Assembly (NCBI RefSeq): GCF_020745735.1
Contig: NW_026869102.1
Location: forward strand, 367-64,366
Source of the DNA: Hemiscyllium ocellatum
Taxonomy: Eukaryota
DNA length: 64,000 bases
Direction of reading: 5' to 3'
Shown here: piece by piece, positions 63,143 through 64,000 of the stretch
Numbering within the stretch: the first letter of the stretch is position 1
Layout: every line of letters begins with the position of its first letter
The notes under the pieces: model-generated
What the model saw: the letters and a program-made list of their open reading frames with translations, nothing else
The model's database searches: none
Told to the model about the DNA's origin: nothing
Program-made: the position numbers and the translations under genes

Positions 63143-63450
63143 TGGGTGGCATGGTGGTTAGCACTGCTGCCTCACAGCGCCAGAGACCCGGGTTCAATTC
63201 CCGACTCAGGCGACTGACTGTGTGGAGTTTGCACGTTCTCCCCGTGTCTGCGTGGGTTTCCTCCGGGTGCTCCGGTTTCCTCCCACAGTCCAAAGATGTG
63301 CGGGTCAGGTGAATTGGCCATGCTAAATTGCCCGTAGTGTTAGGTAAGGGGTAAATATAGGGGTATGGGTGGGCTGCACTTCGGTGGGTCGGTGTGGACT
63401 TGTTGGGCCGAAGGGCCTGTTTCCACACTGTAAGTAATCTAACCTAATCC
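63143..63450 (+). mobile_element. tRNA-derived SINE (HE1-like)
   Basis: gtgggtggcatggtggttagcactgctgcctcacagcgccagagacccgggttcaattcccg...ggacttgttgggccgaagggcctgtttccacactgtaag. Confidence 0.75.
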
Positions 63451-63479
63451 TTGTTAATCTTTCCCTTTCTCACCTCAAA

Positions 63480-64000
63480 CCTATACCCCTCTAGTTTTGG
63501 CCTCCCCTGAGCAATAGTGCTTGACTGTACACCTTGTATATGACCCCTGTGACCTTTATGAACCTCTATACGTTGCCACCCCCCAGCCTCTTCCCATACC
63601 TCAAAGCCTGACAGCCTCACTTGTAAGTCTTTCCTGAACCCTTTCCAAGTTTAGCAATATCCTTCCTGGAGCAGGGAGACCAGAATCGAACACCGCATTC
63701 CAAATGCGGCCTGATTGTAAGACGTTGGAGCAGAAATTAGGCCATTCAGCCCATCGAGTCTGCTGTGTCAGTTGATCGTGGCTGATGGGTCTTTCAACCG
63801 CATTTTCCTGCTTTCTCTCTGTAACCTTTGATCCCCTTTGGCAATCAAGAACTTATCTATCACTGATTTAAATGTGCCCAATGACCTGGCCTCCATAGAT
63901 TCCCCACTCTCTGGCTGGAAGAAGTTTCTCCTTCTCTCAGTACTACAGGGTCTTCCCTTTAGTCTAAGGCTGTGCCCTTGGGTCCCAGTCTCTCCTGCCA
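63480..64000 (-). mobile_element. L2 3' end (reverse complement of 46.9-47.45 kb)
   Basis: Shared sequence: cagaatcgaacaccgcattccaaatgcggcctgattgtaagac...ggccattc.gcccatcgagtctgctgtgtcagttgatcgtggctgatggg. Confidence 0.6.

Overview
This 64 kb window is vertebrate nuclear DNA, very likely from a cartilaginous fish (shark or ray), and not a prokaryotic locus. The evidence is multiple tRNA-derived SINEs of the elasmobranch HE1 type, L2/CR1-clade LINE fragments throughout, Penelope-like elements, an ERV fragment, and a spliced kinesin gene. The supplied six-frame ORF track is prokaryote-style; most of its long ORFs are repeat artefacts. I used it only as a coordinate anchor.

The one clearly identifiable host gene is KIF22 (kinesin-like DNA-binding protein, Kid) on the minus strand. 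I traced at least 13 coding exons between about 25.6 and 45.5 kb, with the motor motifs GKTHTM, SSRSHS and DLAGSE and the C-terminal helix-hairpin-helix exon. A likely non-coding first exon with a promoter sits at about 50.1 kb. The terminal coding exon was not found.

The 5' end of KIF22 lies in a complex rearranged region. Coding exons 1, 2 and 4 are present again as an inverted, frameshifted pseudogene copy at 54.6-58.15 kb. The CCAAT-box-rich promoter plus exon-1 module occurs three times, around 21.0, 50.1-50.9 and 59.7-60.3 kb, and the last copy is a head-to-head palindrome. A gamma/epsilon-like ERV pol-env fragment (51.05-54.5 kb) sits between the two arms and abuts the pseudo-exon.

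The rest of the window is repeats. These include a 6.3 kb C-rich 29-30 bp satellite at the start, several mini- and microsatellites between 11.7 and 18.1 kb, and a 1.7 kb 46 bp satellite inside a KIF22 intron. There is also a tandemly triplicated L2 3' fragment at 60.3-62.1 kb, and a Penelope-like element carrying a GIY-YIG endonuclease and a hammerhead-ribozyme motif. Two orphan stop-terminated coding exons on the minus strand (16.4-16.6 and 18.2-18.5 kb) suggest an unidentified neighbouring gene or genes.

All coordinates are approximate (a few nucleotides either way), because they were counted by hand from ORF-track anchors.
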